NCBI GenBank assembly: GCA_013416795.1
Contig: RQSC01000757.1
Location: 75,274-138,773 of the forward strand
Direction of reading: 5' to 3'
DNA from: Prasinococcaceae sp. CCMP 1430
Lineage: Eukaryota > Plantae > Prasinodermophyta
Length of the DNA stretch: 63,500 nucleotides
Positions 24,530 to 35,875 of the stretch are shown one piece after another; position 1 is the first letter of the stretch, and each line of letters begins with the position of its first letter. Position numbers and translations under genes: made by a program. Below the pieces are notes generated by a model that searched no databases, was not told the DNA's origin, and was given only the letters and a program-made list of their open reading frames with translations.

Positions 24530-24752
24530 ACGCCCGAGCGCGTGACCGGCATTGCCACCCCCCATCCCCCCCCACCCTCCACCCCTCCGCCCCCACCCAA
24601 CCCAACCCATCCCACCCACCCCCGCAACCCACCGGACGCCATCCCACCTACCCAATCAACACACACAATCGCTGCTACTCCCAAGCATGCACCTCGAACT
24701 AGCCAGTAACTACCCCCACGCCGAAAGTCTGTGTATTAGGATGTCGCGCGCC

Positions 24753-27584
24753 TCAGCTAAGGGAAAGCTGAGGCGCGTCCCGGGGCCGGAGGGTGTCCTT
24801 GACGCAGCGAAAGTGCGCGAGCACCCCGCCGCCGAGATCGACGAACGCGGCCGTGCCCAGGCGCTTGAAGCACACTGCGCATGCGGCGTCGGGCGCGACA
24901 GTCACGCGCCGCTCGCGCATATTTATGCGCTCCGCTTGCGATGCGAGCGCCTCGGCGCGTGCGAGGCTGCGTGCGGCCGCCGCCTCGCGCCGCCGCTCGC
25001 CGCTGCTGACCACAGCCGCGCGCAGAAACGGCAGCGCCTCGGCGAGTTTCGCTGCGTCCGGGAGCACGCGCACCGCCGCTGACGGGTCGAGTGCGTGAGC
25101 GCACCTCTCCAGAACGAGCAGCGCCTCGTCGAGGAGCACTTCGCCGGTGCCTCCCACGTATTCCTCGCCGTGCTGACGCCCGACCTTTGGGTCTAGCAGC
25201 ACCTGGAGCAGGGCCTGGTAGACCTCCTCGGTCTCGTCCTCGCCGCGTAACGAGGTCACGCGGGCGCAGTAGCGGTGGGCGAGGTCAGGCCGCCGCCGCA
25301 CGCGGCAGAGCAGCCGCAAAGCCTGCTCGTGGCGGGGTGGCGAGAGCAGCGCCATGCAGTCCGCACGCTCCTCGAGCAGGTCGCCCGTGCTGACCGCCGG
25401 CAGCGCTGACAGCAGTCGCTCGGGATGGAGCTTGCACGGAGCGTCGCGGATCATTCCACGAAGTTTAGTTTGCGACGCCGTCAATTCTTCACTCCCCGCA
25501 GGCAATGCGGCACGCTCGGAGCGGGTGCGAACGAGGTACGCAAGCGCCAGCTCGTCGTGCAGCTCCGGTGGCGCCGCCTCGCCTCGCTGGCTGAGCTCGT
25601 CCTCCAAGAAGCTCGCCACGAGCGAAGGCGCGTGCGTCCGCACATGCCGCAGAGCGACCACAGCGGGCAACGGCGGCTCAAGCTCGCGCAGCAGCCTGAG
25701 CGCCGCAGTGGAGGCCGAGGGGCGCCGCAGCAGGTGCACGGAGAATTCGAGGAGCAGTTGCTCGGCCTCGGCGACGCAGTCGCGGCGGCCCGTCCTCTCT
25801 GCGTCGTGCGCCGCCGCGCGCCTCAGGCCGAGCAGATAGTCCACCATCAGGTCATCTGCACCTCGCGCACCCGATGCCACGGCGCCACCGGCGCCCACGG
25901 CGAGCTGCTGCAGGTACTCCAGAGAGCGCCTGTGCCTGCCCCTGGACTTGTACAGCTCTAGCAGGGCGTCGTGCCTGCTGGCGGCGCGCAAGCAACCCTC
26001 GGTTGCCTTTAAGTCCGCGGCGTTATGCTCGCGTAGAAATGGGACTATCGCAACGTCGGGCAGGCCCGTGCCTACCATCGCCTGCACGATCGCGGTGTCG
26101 ACTTCGACCGTCTCGGGGTCGAAGTCCTCGGAATCGTCACCGCCAGTGAGATTATGCGCCTTGTGCTCGTCGAGCACGCGCATGCGTTCGCGTGCCTCCA
26201 TAAGAAAGGGAAGCAGAGCGGCCAGGGCCATCGGCTGCCGGTGGTGCGCGCCACCGCCCACATCTCCGAACGCCGCGGCCCCGTCGAGCGCGGCTTTCAC
26301 TCCAAGGCTCGGGTAGAGCTCGAGAACCTCCAAGGGGTCGGCCGCCGCGCGAGAGAAGTACGAGAGCGCCTCTTCGTACTGTGCCTGCGCGAACAGGACG
26401 CGCGCGTGCGCGGTGCAGGCGCGTCGCTCGATCGCCGTGCACTCGTTCGCCAGCGGCGAAGTGGACGACACTTGCGCGCACACGGCAATCGCTTCCTCGT
26501 TCTCGCCGGCCTCGAGCAGGGCGCGAGCCTGCTCGAGCAGCGGCCGCGCGGAGAGCCTCCACACCTGGCTATCACCCGCGGCGAAGACGGTCGCGCCACC
26601 GCCCGCGCCCCGGCTTAGCATGGACAGGCCAGGCACCGGGACGGCCTGCACGAGCATGTTTCGAGTGATGGAGCGGACCTCGACGCCCGCACGCGTCACT
26701 GCCACCGCGTACGGCTGCGCGATGGCAAGCGCGGCCGGCGGTGCCGACCATGTGAGACCATGCGCACGCGAGGTTGTCCCGCCGGCACCGACGAAGACGC
26801 TCGTCGCATCGCGCTGCACGAGCGCCTCATCGGCGTTGTTGAGGGACGCAATGCCGTCAGCAGAGGCCTGCACGGACGACGCGGGCATGCCGATGGCCAG
26901 CGGCGGTGACACAGTCCCCACCGCGAAGAGCTCGGTCACCTGCCCCGTGCGCGCGTCAACGACGCAGTACTCGCGCTTGGTCCCGACCACCAGCGAGTCG
27001 CCGCCGCCCCATGCCATCGCACGCACGCTATCCGGGACGCCGACGTCGCCGACCTCCGCCAGCTGCGAGAGGTCGGTGCCAAACTTCGGCGAGTAGACGA
27101 GCACGCGCTTCTTCACGCCCACGGCGAGCCGGGCGGGCTCGCGTGCGTCGCCCGCCGCCTTGCTGCGGCCGTACCCGTCACTCCACGCGAAGCACGAGCC
27201 GCCCCGAGTGCGCGCGAGTGGTGGCGCGGCCTCGCACAGCTCGGGAAGCAGCGCGTGTGCCTGTACGCCGCCGCTCTCGGTGAGCGTCACGAGCAGTCCG
27301 GAGCTGTCCACCACCGCGAGCTGCAACAGGGCGCGCGTGCCGCGGAAGTCCGCGTGCGACTCCACCAGCACGTACGTGCTCCGCACCGACCCGTGCGCCG
27401 TCGAATCGCCCGCATCGCCGCCGCCCCCGTCGCCGTCGCCCTGCGCGAAGACGAGAAGCCGCGCGTCGGCCGTCGCGAGCACGAGCCGCGCGCCCCAGGC
27501 GTCGACGGCGGCGATGCGCAGCGGCGCGCCCGCACCGCCAAAGTCCGGCCCCCGCAGCACCGGCTCGAGCGTGAAGCGCGCCAC
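24753..27584 (-). CDS. Vps39/TGFBRAP1(Vps3)-like HOPS/CORVET subunit; no ATG visible at the 5' end
   Basis: N-terminal CNH-like beta region (LAVGVKKRVLVY, LVVGTKREY), alpha-solenoid (LLELYKSRGRHRRSLEYL) and C-terminal zinc finger CAVCFKRLG...AHFRC. Confidence 0.85.
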   Translation of the reverse strand: MARFTLEPVLRGPDFGGAGAPLRIAAVDAWGARLVLATADARLLVFAQGDGDGGGGDAGDSTAHGSVRSTYVLVESHADFRGTRALLQLAVVDSSGLLVTLTESGGVQAHALLPELCEAAPPLARTRGGSCFAWSDGYGRSKAAGDAREPARLAVGVKKRVLVYSPKFGTDLSQLAEVGDVGVPDSVRAMAWGGGDSLVVGTKREYCVVDARTGQVTELFAVGTVSPPLAIGMPASSVQASADGIASLNNADEALVQRDATSVFVGAGGTTSRAHGLTWSAPPAALAIAQPYAVAVTRAGVEVRSITRNMLVQAVPVPGLSMLSRGAGGGATVFAAGDSQVWRLSARPLLEQARALLEAGENEEAIAVCAQVSSTSPLANECTAIERRACTAHARVLFAQAQYEEALSYFSRAAADPLEVLELYPSLGVKAALDGAAAFGDVGGGAHHRQPMALAALLPFLMEARERMRVLDEHKAHNLTGGDDSEDFDPETVEVDTAIVQAMVGTGLPDVAIVPFLREHNAADLKATEGCLRAASRHDALLELYKSRGRHRRSLEYLQQLAVGAGGAVASGARGADDLMVDYLLGLRRAAAHDAERTGRRDCVAEAEQLLLEFSVHLLRRPSASTAALRLLRELEPPLPAVVALRHVRTHAPSLVASFLEDELSQRGEAAPPELHDELALAYLVRTRSERAALPAGSEELTASQTKLRGMIRDAPCKLHPERLLSALPAVSTGDLLEERADCMALLSPPRHEQALRLLCRVRRRPDLAHRYCARVTSLRGEDETEEVYQALLQVLLDPKVGRQHGEEYVGGTGEVLLDEALLVLERCAHALDPSAAVRVLPDAAKLAEALPFLRAAVVSSGERRREAAAARSLARAEALASQAERINMRERRVTVAPDAACAVCFKRLGTAAFVDLGGGVLAHFRCVKDTLRPRDAPQLSLS

Positions 27585-27597
27585 CCCGCACTCGCAG

Positions 27598-28496
27598 CGC
27601 TCACCCCTGGCTTCGCGGGTGCGGACATCGCCAACGTGTGCAACGAGGCCGCTCTCATGGCGGCTCGCCACGCCAAGGACGCCGTCGATATGGAAGACTT
27701 CTCGTCGGCGGTGGACCGCATCATCGGCGGCCTGGAAAAGAAGAACAAGGTGGTGAGCAAGGAGGAGCGTCGCACGGTGGCGTACCACGAGGCGGGCCAC
27801 GCAGTCGCCGGGTGGTTCCTCGAGCACACCGAGCCACTCATGAAGGTTTCCATAGTGCCACGCGGCACGGCCGCGCTGGGCTTCGCGCAGTACCTTCCCA
27901 ACGAGAACCTGCTCAACACTCGCGAGCAGATGAACGACATGATCTGCATGGCGCTGGGAGGACGCATCGCCGAGGAGGTCATGCTGGGCAAGATCTCAAC
28001 TGGCGCGCAGAACGACCTCGAGCGCGTGACCAAGATGGCATACTCGCAGGTGGCGATCTATGGCTTTTCGGAGAAGATCGGCCTGCTGAGTTTCCCGTCG
28101 AACAACCAGGAGCTCACCAAGCCATACTCCGACGAGACCGCCCGCATCATCGACGAGGAGGTGCGCGCGCTCGTCGACGAGGCTTATGAGCGCACTCGCC
28201 AGCTGCTGCGCGACCAGAAGGACAATGTGGAGGCGCTTGCGCAGGCGCTGCTCGAGAAGGAGGTGCTGCAAATCGAGGACCTCAACAAGATCTTGGGCCC
28301 GCGGCCGTTCCAGAGCGGAGAGCAGACCAATCTGGAGCGGTTGACGCAGGGCGGCTCGGACTACCTCGGAAGCGATCAGAAGGAGGACCAGCCAGCAGAT
28401 GAGGGCGAGGCCGACGGGCCCGCGGGCGGTGCCAGTCCTGAGCCGGCCCTCGCCGCTGCCGCTGCGACAACAGGTGGGCAGACTCCGCGATCCTGA
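27598..28496 (+). CDS. ftsH: FtsH3/10 (AFG3-like m-AAA) protease, C-terminal fragment only (end of AAA lid + M41 peptidase)
   Basis: LTPGFAGADIANVCNEAAL, IIGGLEKKNKV, AYHEAGH (HExxH), VSIVPRGTAALGFAQYLP, TGAQNDLE. No Walker A/B part is found in the window. Confidence 0.9.
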
Positions 28497-28590
28497 CGGT
28501 CGCAGCTCCTGCGCCACATGTAACAACATTCCTTTTGTGCAGCAGGGTGACTTGCGGAAAGCCTGTGCTTGCGCTTCTTATCACTCTCTT

Positions 28591-29142
28591 TCACAGCCCC
28601 CGCGCCTCCGAGCGCTCCCCTCCGTCGAGTTCGAGCAGCGGCGCTGCTGTTGTCGCTGGCGCCGCAGAGCGCGGTGGGCAAAAGGCTCTGCCGAACGCTG
28701 CCAATATCTCCGTCAGCGGGGCGCAGCAGCCTCCCGCGGCCCCCGAGGCACCGCGGAGCTGCTGAATCTGCTCCTCGAGCTCCGCTACTCGCTCCGCCAG
28801 CGACGCCGCAGCCGCGGCGTCGTCCCGCCGCTGTTGGTACGCACGCCGCTCGGCCGCTGCGTGCGCTTCTTCTCTACGCTGGCCATCTGCCGCCAGCTTC
28901 GCCATCGCCTCGCGCGTGCGGTCGGCCTCCTCTTGCAGCAGAAGGATGTGGCTCCGCAGCTGCGACACGCTCTCGTCTGCGTAGGACGCAAGACCTTCAA
29001 GCTGCGACTCGAGGCTCTCGCCACCGTCCGCGCCTGGGCCGGTGCGAGCGTCCGCCGCGCCCATTCCGCCGCGCGCCCCTTCCATCGCGGCGGTACGCAC
29101 GGCCACCGCGCGGCCGCACTCGCGGGGGGGGGGCTCGTCCAC
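28591..29142 (-). CDS. Hypothetical coiled-coil protein (183 aa)
   Basis: ATG-initiated ORF with heptad segments SLESQLEGLASYADESVSQLRSHILLLQEE and LAERVAELEEQIQQL. Confidence 0.55.
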   Translation of the reverse strand: MDEPPPRECGRAVAVRTAAMEGARGGMGAADARTGPGADGGESLESQLEGLASYADESVSQLRSHILLLQEEADRTREAMAKLAADGQRREEAHAAAERRAYQQRRDDAAAAASLAERVAELEEQIQQLRGASGAAGGCCAPLTEILAAFGRAFCPPRSAAPATTAAPLLELDGGERSEARGL

Positions 29143-29526
29143 GGGCGGCAGGAGAGACGAGGCGGCGCCCCCCCCTCCCCTCTGGGCCTGCGGCGCCTCG
29201 CGCGCTCTCGCGCGCTCTCTGTGCCGCTGTCATGACTGGAAGCGCCGCAGCGCGCGCTTTTTCTCGGGACCTCCGATGGAATACTGTACCCTACATGTAA
29301 ACCATAAACAAAACCGTAACCCCGTCGCCCGGCCCCCGCGGCGTTCCCCCGTTCGAAAAAAAAGGCGGCGTTCGCTCGCGCCGGGCTGGCGCGAGTGCGC
29401 CCCCTCAGGGGCGCCACAGCGCGAGGCTTCCCGGCGGGAGGAGGAGGGCTGGGAGAGGGTGGGGGGGGGGGACAAGCCTCCCCTACCCGGTGCGACGCAC
29501 GGTCGGTACGCTTCCGCGCGGGCGCG

Positions 29527-31689
29527 ATGGCGGGGCCGACGGCGAGCGAGGCGATGGCCCAGGCGCAGGCGGCTGCCGCGAGCGCGCTCGCGCTGCTCGG
29601 GACGCCGCCGGCCGGCCGAGCGCGCTCGCCCGGGCAGAGCCCCCTCGGCGCGGCGCTCGCGGCGGGCGTGGCGCCGCGCGAGGCTGCCGATGCGGCGATC
29701 GCCGCCTCGTCGGAGATGGACGTGACCACGCTTCGCGCGGTCGTCGACGAGCTCGTGTCGCGCCTGAACAACACCAAACTCGAGGCGTTCTTCCTTCGCG
29801 AGGCGCTCGCGAAGTACGAGGCGAGCGCGCCAGACGGGCCTGCGGCGACAGTATCGGCGGCACACCACGCCGAATTGCGGGTGCAGCTGGAGATGGTGCG
29901 CCGCAGGGCATCCCAGAGCGAGGCCGAGCTTGCCGAGAGCAGCACGCGGGAGGCGGAGCTACGAGCGCAACTCGCCACGGCTGGGGGCAAAGGCGTCGAC
30001 GCGCGAGCGGATCAATCGCTCCAACTCGCCACCGTGCCGGGTGAGTCCGCCGCCGAGGCGGAGAAGGAGCTTTACCGTGCGCAGGCCAATGACATGCTCG
30101 CCGAGCTGCAAGAGCTGCAGCAGGCTAGCTTGGAACACGCCGGGGCCATCGAGAAACTCGCAGCCACCGAGGAGAGGGCGCGCACGCGCGCAGAGGACGC
30201 CGAGCGCCGTGCTCGCGCCGCAGAGAAGGCCGCGGCGTCTTCCGTCGAGCGCCGGCAAGCATCGGAAGCCGCTCGCGCGCATGCAGAGGCTTCGTGGCGG
30301 GCGGCGCTCGCGGAGCTCCAGGGCGCGCGCCGGAACGCCGCAGAGGCGGCCGAGCGCGCAGCGAAGCTCTCCGTTGCGGCGGCGGACGCGGACTCGCTCA
30401 AGTCTGAGCTTGGTGCTCTGAGGACGGAGTGTTCTGAGCATGTTCGGATGGCCGAGATATTGCAAAGAGAAATACGCAAGAAGGCCCAAGAGCTTGAAAG
30501 CGAGCGCACTGCACGATCAGCCGCCGAGGCCGTGAGCACCGCCTCGCAGGCCAGCGCGGCTGCGCTCGAGGAGAGGATCGGGGAGATGGAGCGCAGGATG
30601 GAGCAGATCTCTCGTGGCGAGGCGGAGACCGCTGAGCGAAACGTCGCTCTGGAAGACGAGGCCATCATTCTCCGTGAAACACTTGCAAGCACGCGCGATG
30701 CACTCGAGGAGGCGAGGGCGGCCGAGAGCGGAGAGGCCGGAGACGCAATGGCTGCGAAGAAAGAGAACGAGGAGTTGCGCAAGCAGCTGCGCAGAGAGCG
30801 CTCTGAACACGCGGAAGCGCAGACGAAATTGGAGGAGGCCACGCGCGCGGCTGCACGAGCACAGGAAGAGCTGCTGCGCGCGAGAGAGCATTTGCAAGAA
30901 CTGGGCGATGGGCACGGTGCGGTCGATACGCGCGCAGCAGAAACAGACGAACACGAGGCCGCAAGGCTCATGCCGACGCCGCAGTCGCAGCGCGCATGGT
31001 CACAGTCGCCTTCCCCGTCTCGAGGCTCAGCGAATAGAGCACATCGTTCTGCACGTGGGACATCACCAAGCGAGGCGCTCTTGCGCGTGTCCGAAGCTAT
31101 GACAGAGGCGTTGGAAGACGCCACCGCGGGTGCGCAGCAGGGGCAGCTGGAGGAAGAGCACCCCCGCGCGCCGCGCGCGCCCTTTCACATTGAAAGTGAG
31201 ACTGCGCACGAGCCGGGCACACCCGTGGGCACCTTCGGCGGGTGCGACAGCGATGATACAGACGATCAGAGTGCGAGCGCGGAGCGAGCCGCTCTGGCGG
31301 CTGAGGCGAGCCTGACTCATGCTGAGGTCGAAGAGGTGCGTTGTCCGCGTCCGTGGGACATAGCTGCCAGAGTCCTCTCCCCCGTGCGCATGCTCTGACC
31401 GCGCTACACTGTGTGCGTGAAACAGGTGACAGCACAGCTGGCCTCCGCGCGCGCTCGGCACCAGGGCGAGGGCAGCACATTTGGTAGCTCGGTGTCCATC
31501 ACAGCTGCCCAGCAGGCCACGGAAGCTGCGCGCACGGTGGCCCAGACTGCGGCAGCGCTCGCCGCATCGCCGCTCACCCCGCGACGCGACTGTCGGGCGA
31601 CGCGCAACATCCTCGCACAAGTGCGCTCCGAGATGGCACGCGTGCGCGAGATGGAGCGCTCGCTTGTCCTCAAGCGCCAATCCACGTAA
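29527..31689 (+). CDS. Long coiled-coil protein of unknown function, join(29527..31335,31426..31689)
   Basis: Continuous E/A/R heptad-rich frame, an in-frame 90-nt GT-AG intron with a CTGAC branch site, and TGTAA 6 nt after the stop. Confidence 0.65.
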
Positions 31690-32070
31690 TTGTACTGTAA
31701 CAGTGATCGTCGAGACCGGGCCGCGCCCGTGCGCGTCGACTCATGCCGTCCCGGCACTCTTCCACCCCACCCAGTAACCGACGCGCGCGCGCGCGTGCGC
31801 GCCCGTTTTCGTGCCTGTTGCGGTTTTGATGGGTTTTCGCATGCGTCGGTTCCCCCTCGCAGCGCAGGTCGCGCATAGCGCACGACCTGGTGCGCGTCAC
31901 GGGTGGGTGGGTGAGGTGGGGTACTTCGGGCGGGGGGAGGAGCGGTAGAAGGGAGGGAGCGTGGGTTGGGTTGGTAGGGCCCGACCACTCGCTCGCCCGC
32001 GGCCCGCACGCGCGCGCCACACGGCGTGCCGTGGCAGAGCGCCAGCGTGCGCGCGGGCGAGTAGCGCGCC

Positions 32071-35000
32071 ATGGCGGATGGCGTGAAGGGACGTGTGCCG
32101 CCGATCATTAGGGGGCGCCGTTCGGCGACGCTGGGCGTGGCCAAGCCGGCGCAGAAAGTGATACCTCCGACCACCGCGGCGTCAACGACGTCGAAGGGTG
32201 CGCCCGACGATGCAGGCACGGGCGGAGACCGAGGCTCGCGACCGAGAAAACACAACATGCAAGCAGCGGCACGCGCGATGGACAGAGCGACGGGCATGTC
32301 GGCAGATGCCTCGCGCACTCGCGCCGGTGCAGCGAGCGCGTCCACAGGCCCTCTCTCGCCCTTGCGTTCTTCCACTTCGCGCGTGGCGCTGGCTCTGGAG
32401 GTGGTGGGTGCCACAGGGCTCGTTTCCAAGGGCCAGTCGGCCCCATTTGTGCGCCTCTCTCTTGGTAGCGGCGTCGCCGACACTGAGCGCTGCCGTGAGA
32501 AGCTCGCGCCAAGTTACAACGCAGGGTGGTACTACTTTGAGGTTGAGGGGCTCACGGAGATGGTTACCAAGGCGTACGCGCGCAGAGTAAGCCTAAGCAG
32601 CACGGAGGATGGCCGCCGCAGTCTGCGCCGAATTCAATCCGTCTCCAACCGCAGCGTTAGCCCAAGCAACGAGCACGCTGGCCGCTGCGGTCTGCGCCGA
32701 ATCCGATCCGCTGCCGACGCGGTGCGGCTGCGCGTGCTCTCGGACGAGGCGCGCAAGATGCTATTCCTCGGGCAGGTGGGTGGCACGCGCACACACACAC
32801 ATCCGCGCACACGCGCACGTGCGCCTTCATATACTCGCATGCACAGACGAAGATACGCGCTCGCGCGCACCCATCGTGTTTTCTGCAGCCCACATCTCCG
32901 TGCGGAGCGAGTGCGGGGCGCTGACAAGATAACGGGCTGCGGCGCGGTCCCTTCGCGCCTCCAATGCCTACATGCACTTGCACCCTAGGCGGATGTGTCG
33001 GCGAAGTCGCTCGACCTCGATCTCACAGTGGTGCACGAGCGCGCGTCTGCATCGGTCGCAAAGCTGTGCTCGCTGAAGCTGCGTCGCCGTAGCCGCCGCT
33101 CGCGCGTGAGCGGCACTCTGGCCCTCAACGCGTGTCTGGTGGACATTGATGCCGCCCTGGCGAAGGGTGATGCCGATTCGCGGCGTGTTATGGGTATGGC
33201 CAGAGCGGTATCACCGCCGCCCAGCGCTCTTGGGCGAGGTCGCACTGGTAGTAGCGACATCGTGCGCAGTGCTCCCGGCATGCCTTCCCCCATCGAGCCG
33301 CTGGACCTCAATCGTCGGCTATATGTCTCGATTGCCGAGGCGCGCGGACTCCTGAATGCTGACACGACGGGCTTGTCCGACCCTTACGTGCGCGTTGTCG
33401 TCGATGGTGTTGAGCACTGCCGCACGGCCAGCGTCACGGACACGCTGAGTCCGAAGTGGAATGAGACATTCATGCTCAGCAGCCCACGCGACCTTGGCAG
33501 CGGTGGTACGCTCAAACTCGTAGTCTGTGACGAGGACTACGGCTTCAGCGACGACTTCTTGGGTCAGGTAGAAATGCCGCTAGCGCAGCTGCGCGAGGTC
33601 GCGAGCGCCGACGCGCATCGCCTGCGTCCACATTGGCACCTGCTCAATCGCGATCCGAAGCAATCCAACAAGCGCGCCACTGGCGAGTTGCGCTTCCGTG
33701 CGTGGCTTGGTGAGCCCGACGCGGATCTCCTCAGCAACACAGGGGTGAGCGTGTTTCATGAACCGCACACGTGGCTGCTGCGCCTAACGATCGAAGAGGC
33801 TCAGCACCTGCGAAAGGAGAGGGGCTTCACGGGCGACAGCGATCCCTACGCGGTCGTGACAGTCGGCGCTGACCAGCGCTTCAAGACTCCGGTGCGGCGG
33901 AAAACGCTTGCGCCACGCTGGAATACCACTTTCTACTTGTGCGTCACGGAGGAGATCCTCGACGACGACATCACCATTAGGGTGCACGACTATGAGCCTG
34001 TCGGCAATAATCCAGAGTACGGGCGCTTCTCTACCACTCTGCGCGAGCTCGTGAACGGCTCGGCCGAGCGCTCCGAGGAACCCTCGCGGTCCTCCCAGGG
34101 CGACGACGCACAAATCTCAGAATGGTTCGATCTGCAACGGCCTTCGGGTGCGCTAGGGAGCTTGATGAAGCGCGCGGGGGGAGAGAAACGCCACGCGGGG
34201 CTTGTCAAGGTGTCAGCCGAGGCTTTGCCCTCGGCGAACGAGCTGACGTCAAAGCAGCGCACGCCCGTGGGCACGCTGCGTGTGGACGTCCTGTCCGCCT
34301 CGATGCGGGAGGGGCTCGTCTGTGCGCCCGATTGCTACGCGGTGGTGCGGCTGGGCACCACCTGGTATCGCACGCCCACCATTAGGGACAATTGCAACCC
34401 CGCCTTTGACGTCACTGCGACCATGGATGTGCACGATCCTCAGTCGATTATATCGTACGTGGCGCGCGCGGGCGCGCTCGTGCGCGCTCGCGACGATCAA
34501 CGGCTGCGAGACCGACCGAGCCTGGTCCGTTGCTGACGCGGCGCGCTTCTGCATCAACGCGCACGGGCACGCAGGATCTCGTTGTGGGATGACAACCAGC
34601 TGCGCGTTCGTTCCATCAAGGACGTCTTCACTGAGTCGATGCGCGGCAGTGACACGTTCCTCGGGAAAGTGGAGATTCCCGCCAATACGCTCATCCCAGT
34701 TCACCTTTACAAGCAAACAATCCAGATGTACACCCCCAAGGGCCGCGAGACCAAAACGTCTGGCACGCTCGACGTGCTGGTGAAGCTTGCTGTGCCCAAC
34801 GAGCTGGAGTGGTACAAGCGCTACAAGGTGCCGACGTTGGTCATACTTCCACCCGCTGAGCAAGAAACAGGCGGAAGCACTCGAACGTCACCGGGAGCAG
34901 TTGCTCATGTCGTTTCTGGCCAAGCAGACTCCGCCCATCAGACGCGAGGTGAGTGGGCAGATGCTCGGCTTGCGCAGGCGGGAGTTCGAGGTGAGGCGCT

Positions 35001-35671
35001 TTAAATGCGCCGTGAGGCGCGCCCAGTACGTTGTCAGAAGCCTCGGCTTCAACAAAGCGGCCGCTTGGGCGAGCGCGGTGCAGGACTGGGAGGACCCCTG
35101 GTTCACAACCTTTGTGCTAGCGCTCTGGACCTGGATGCTCTACCACCCGACCTACATCGCGCCCTCGGCGTGCGCCTTCGTGAGTTACTCGGTGCTGCGT
35201 GGCAAGGGCAAACGCGTGCAGCAACCCTTCATATACGCTCCCAGCGAGGACTTTCTGATGGGCGTCCGCAATGACGACGACGACGCGGACAGCGAGGACG
35301 AGGATTTCACAGAGGATGGCGAGGGTGAGGCGCACCTGCACGACAAGACGCTCAACCCCATCAAATTGCTTCGAAATAAGCTTGCAAGCTTGCGTGCGCA
35401 CGCTGGTGACGCGCAGGGCGCGGTGGAAAGCGTCGTCGAGGCAATGGAGAGGATGCAAGGAATTTGGTCGTGGCGCGATCCGAAGGTGTCGTTTCTGGTT
35501 GTATGCGTCACCGCGGTGCTCGCACCGCTCTTGTGGCTGATGTCAACGAGACTGGTGATCTCTGTCATCACGGTATTGGCGTTCAGGCATCCCAAGTTCA
35601 AGGACCCGGTGCCGCCCCCGCCACAGCTCCTATTCGACAAATTGCCGTCGAAGCGCTTCCTCACGTTGTGA
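32071..35671 (+). CDS. Multiple C2-domain and transmembrane protein (MCTP; FTIP1/QUIRKY-like, PRT_C tail); introns 32776-32988 and 34455-34574; apparent frameshift near 34840
   Basis: C2 motifs DTTGLSDPYV...LSPKWNETF...DEDYGFSDDFLGQV, DSDPYAVV...LAPRWN and DCYAVV...NCNPAF. C-terminal YFHPL...PPIRREV...ERMQGIWSWRDP...RHPKF...DKLPS. Confidence 0.88.
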
Positions 35672-35875
35672 GCCCACGCGGGCGCCCGCTCTCGCACCAT
35701 CTACACTGGAGGGGCGTGCGCGAGCGCTAGGTGGTGTGCGCTGGTGTAGGAGAAGGCACACGGATTGTGTGGGGCGTGCAGGGTGCATTATGAGGATGCG
35801 CGCCACCGCGTGTGTGTATTAGTACTGTACAGTTGTAGTGACTAGTGACTAGTCTAGAATTAATCGTGCGGGCGT

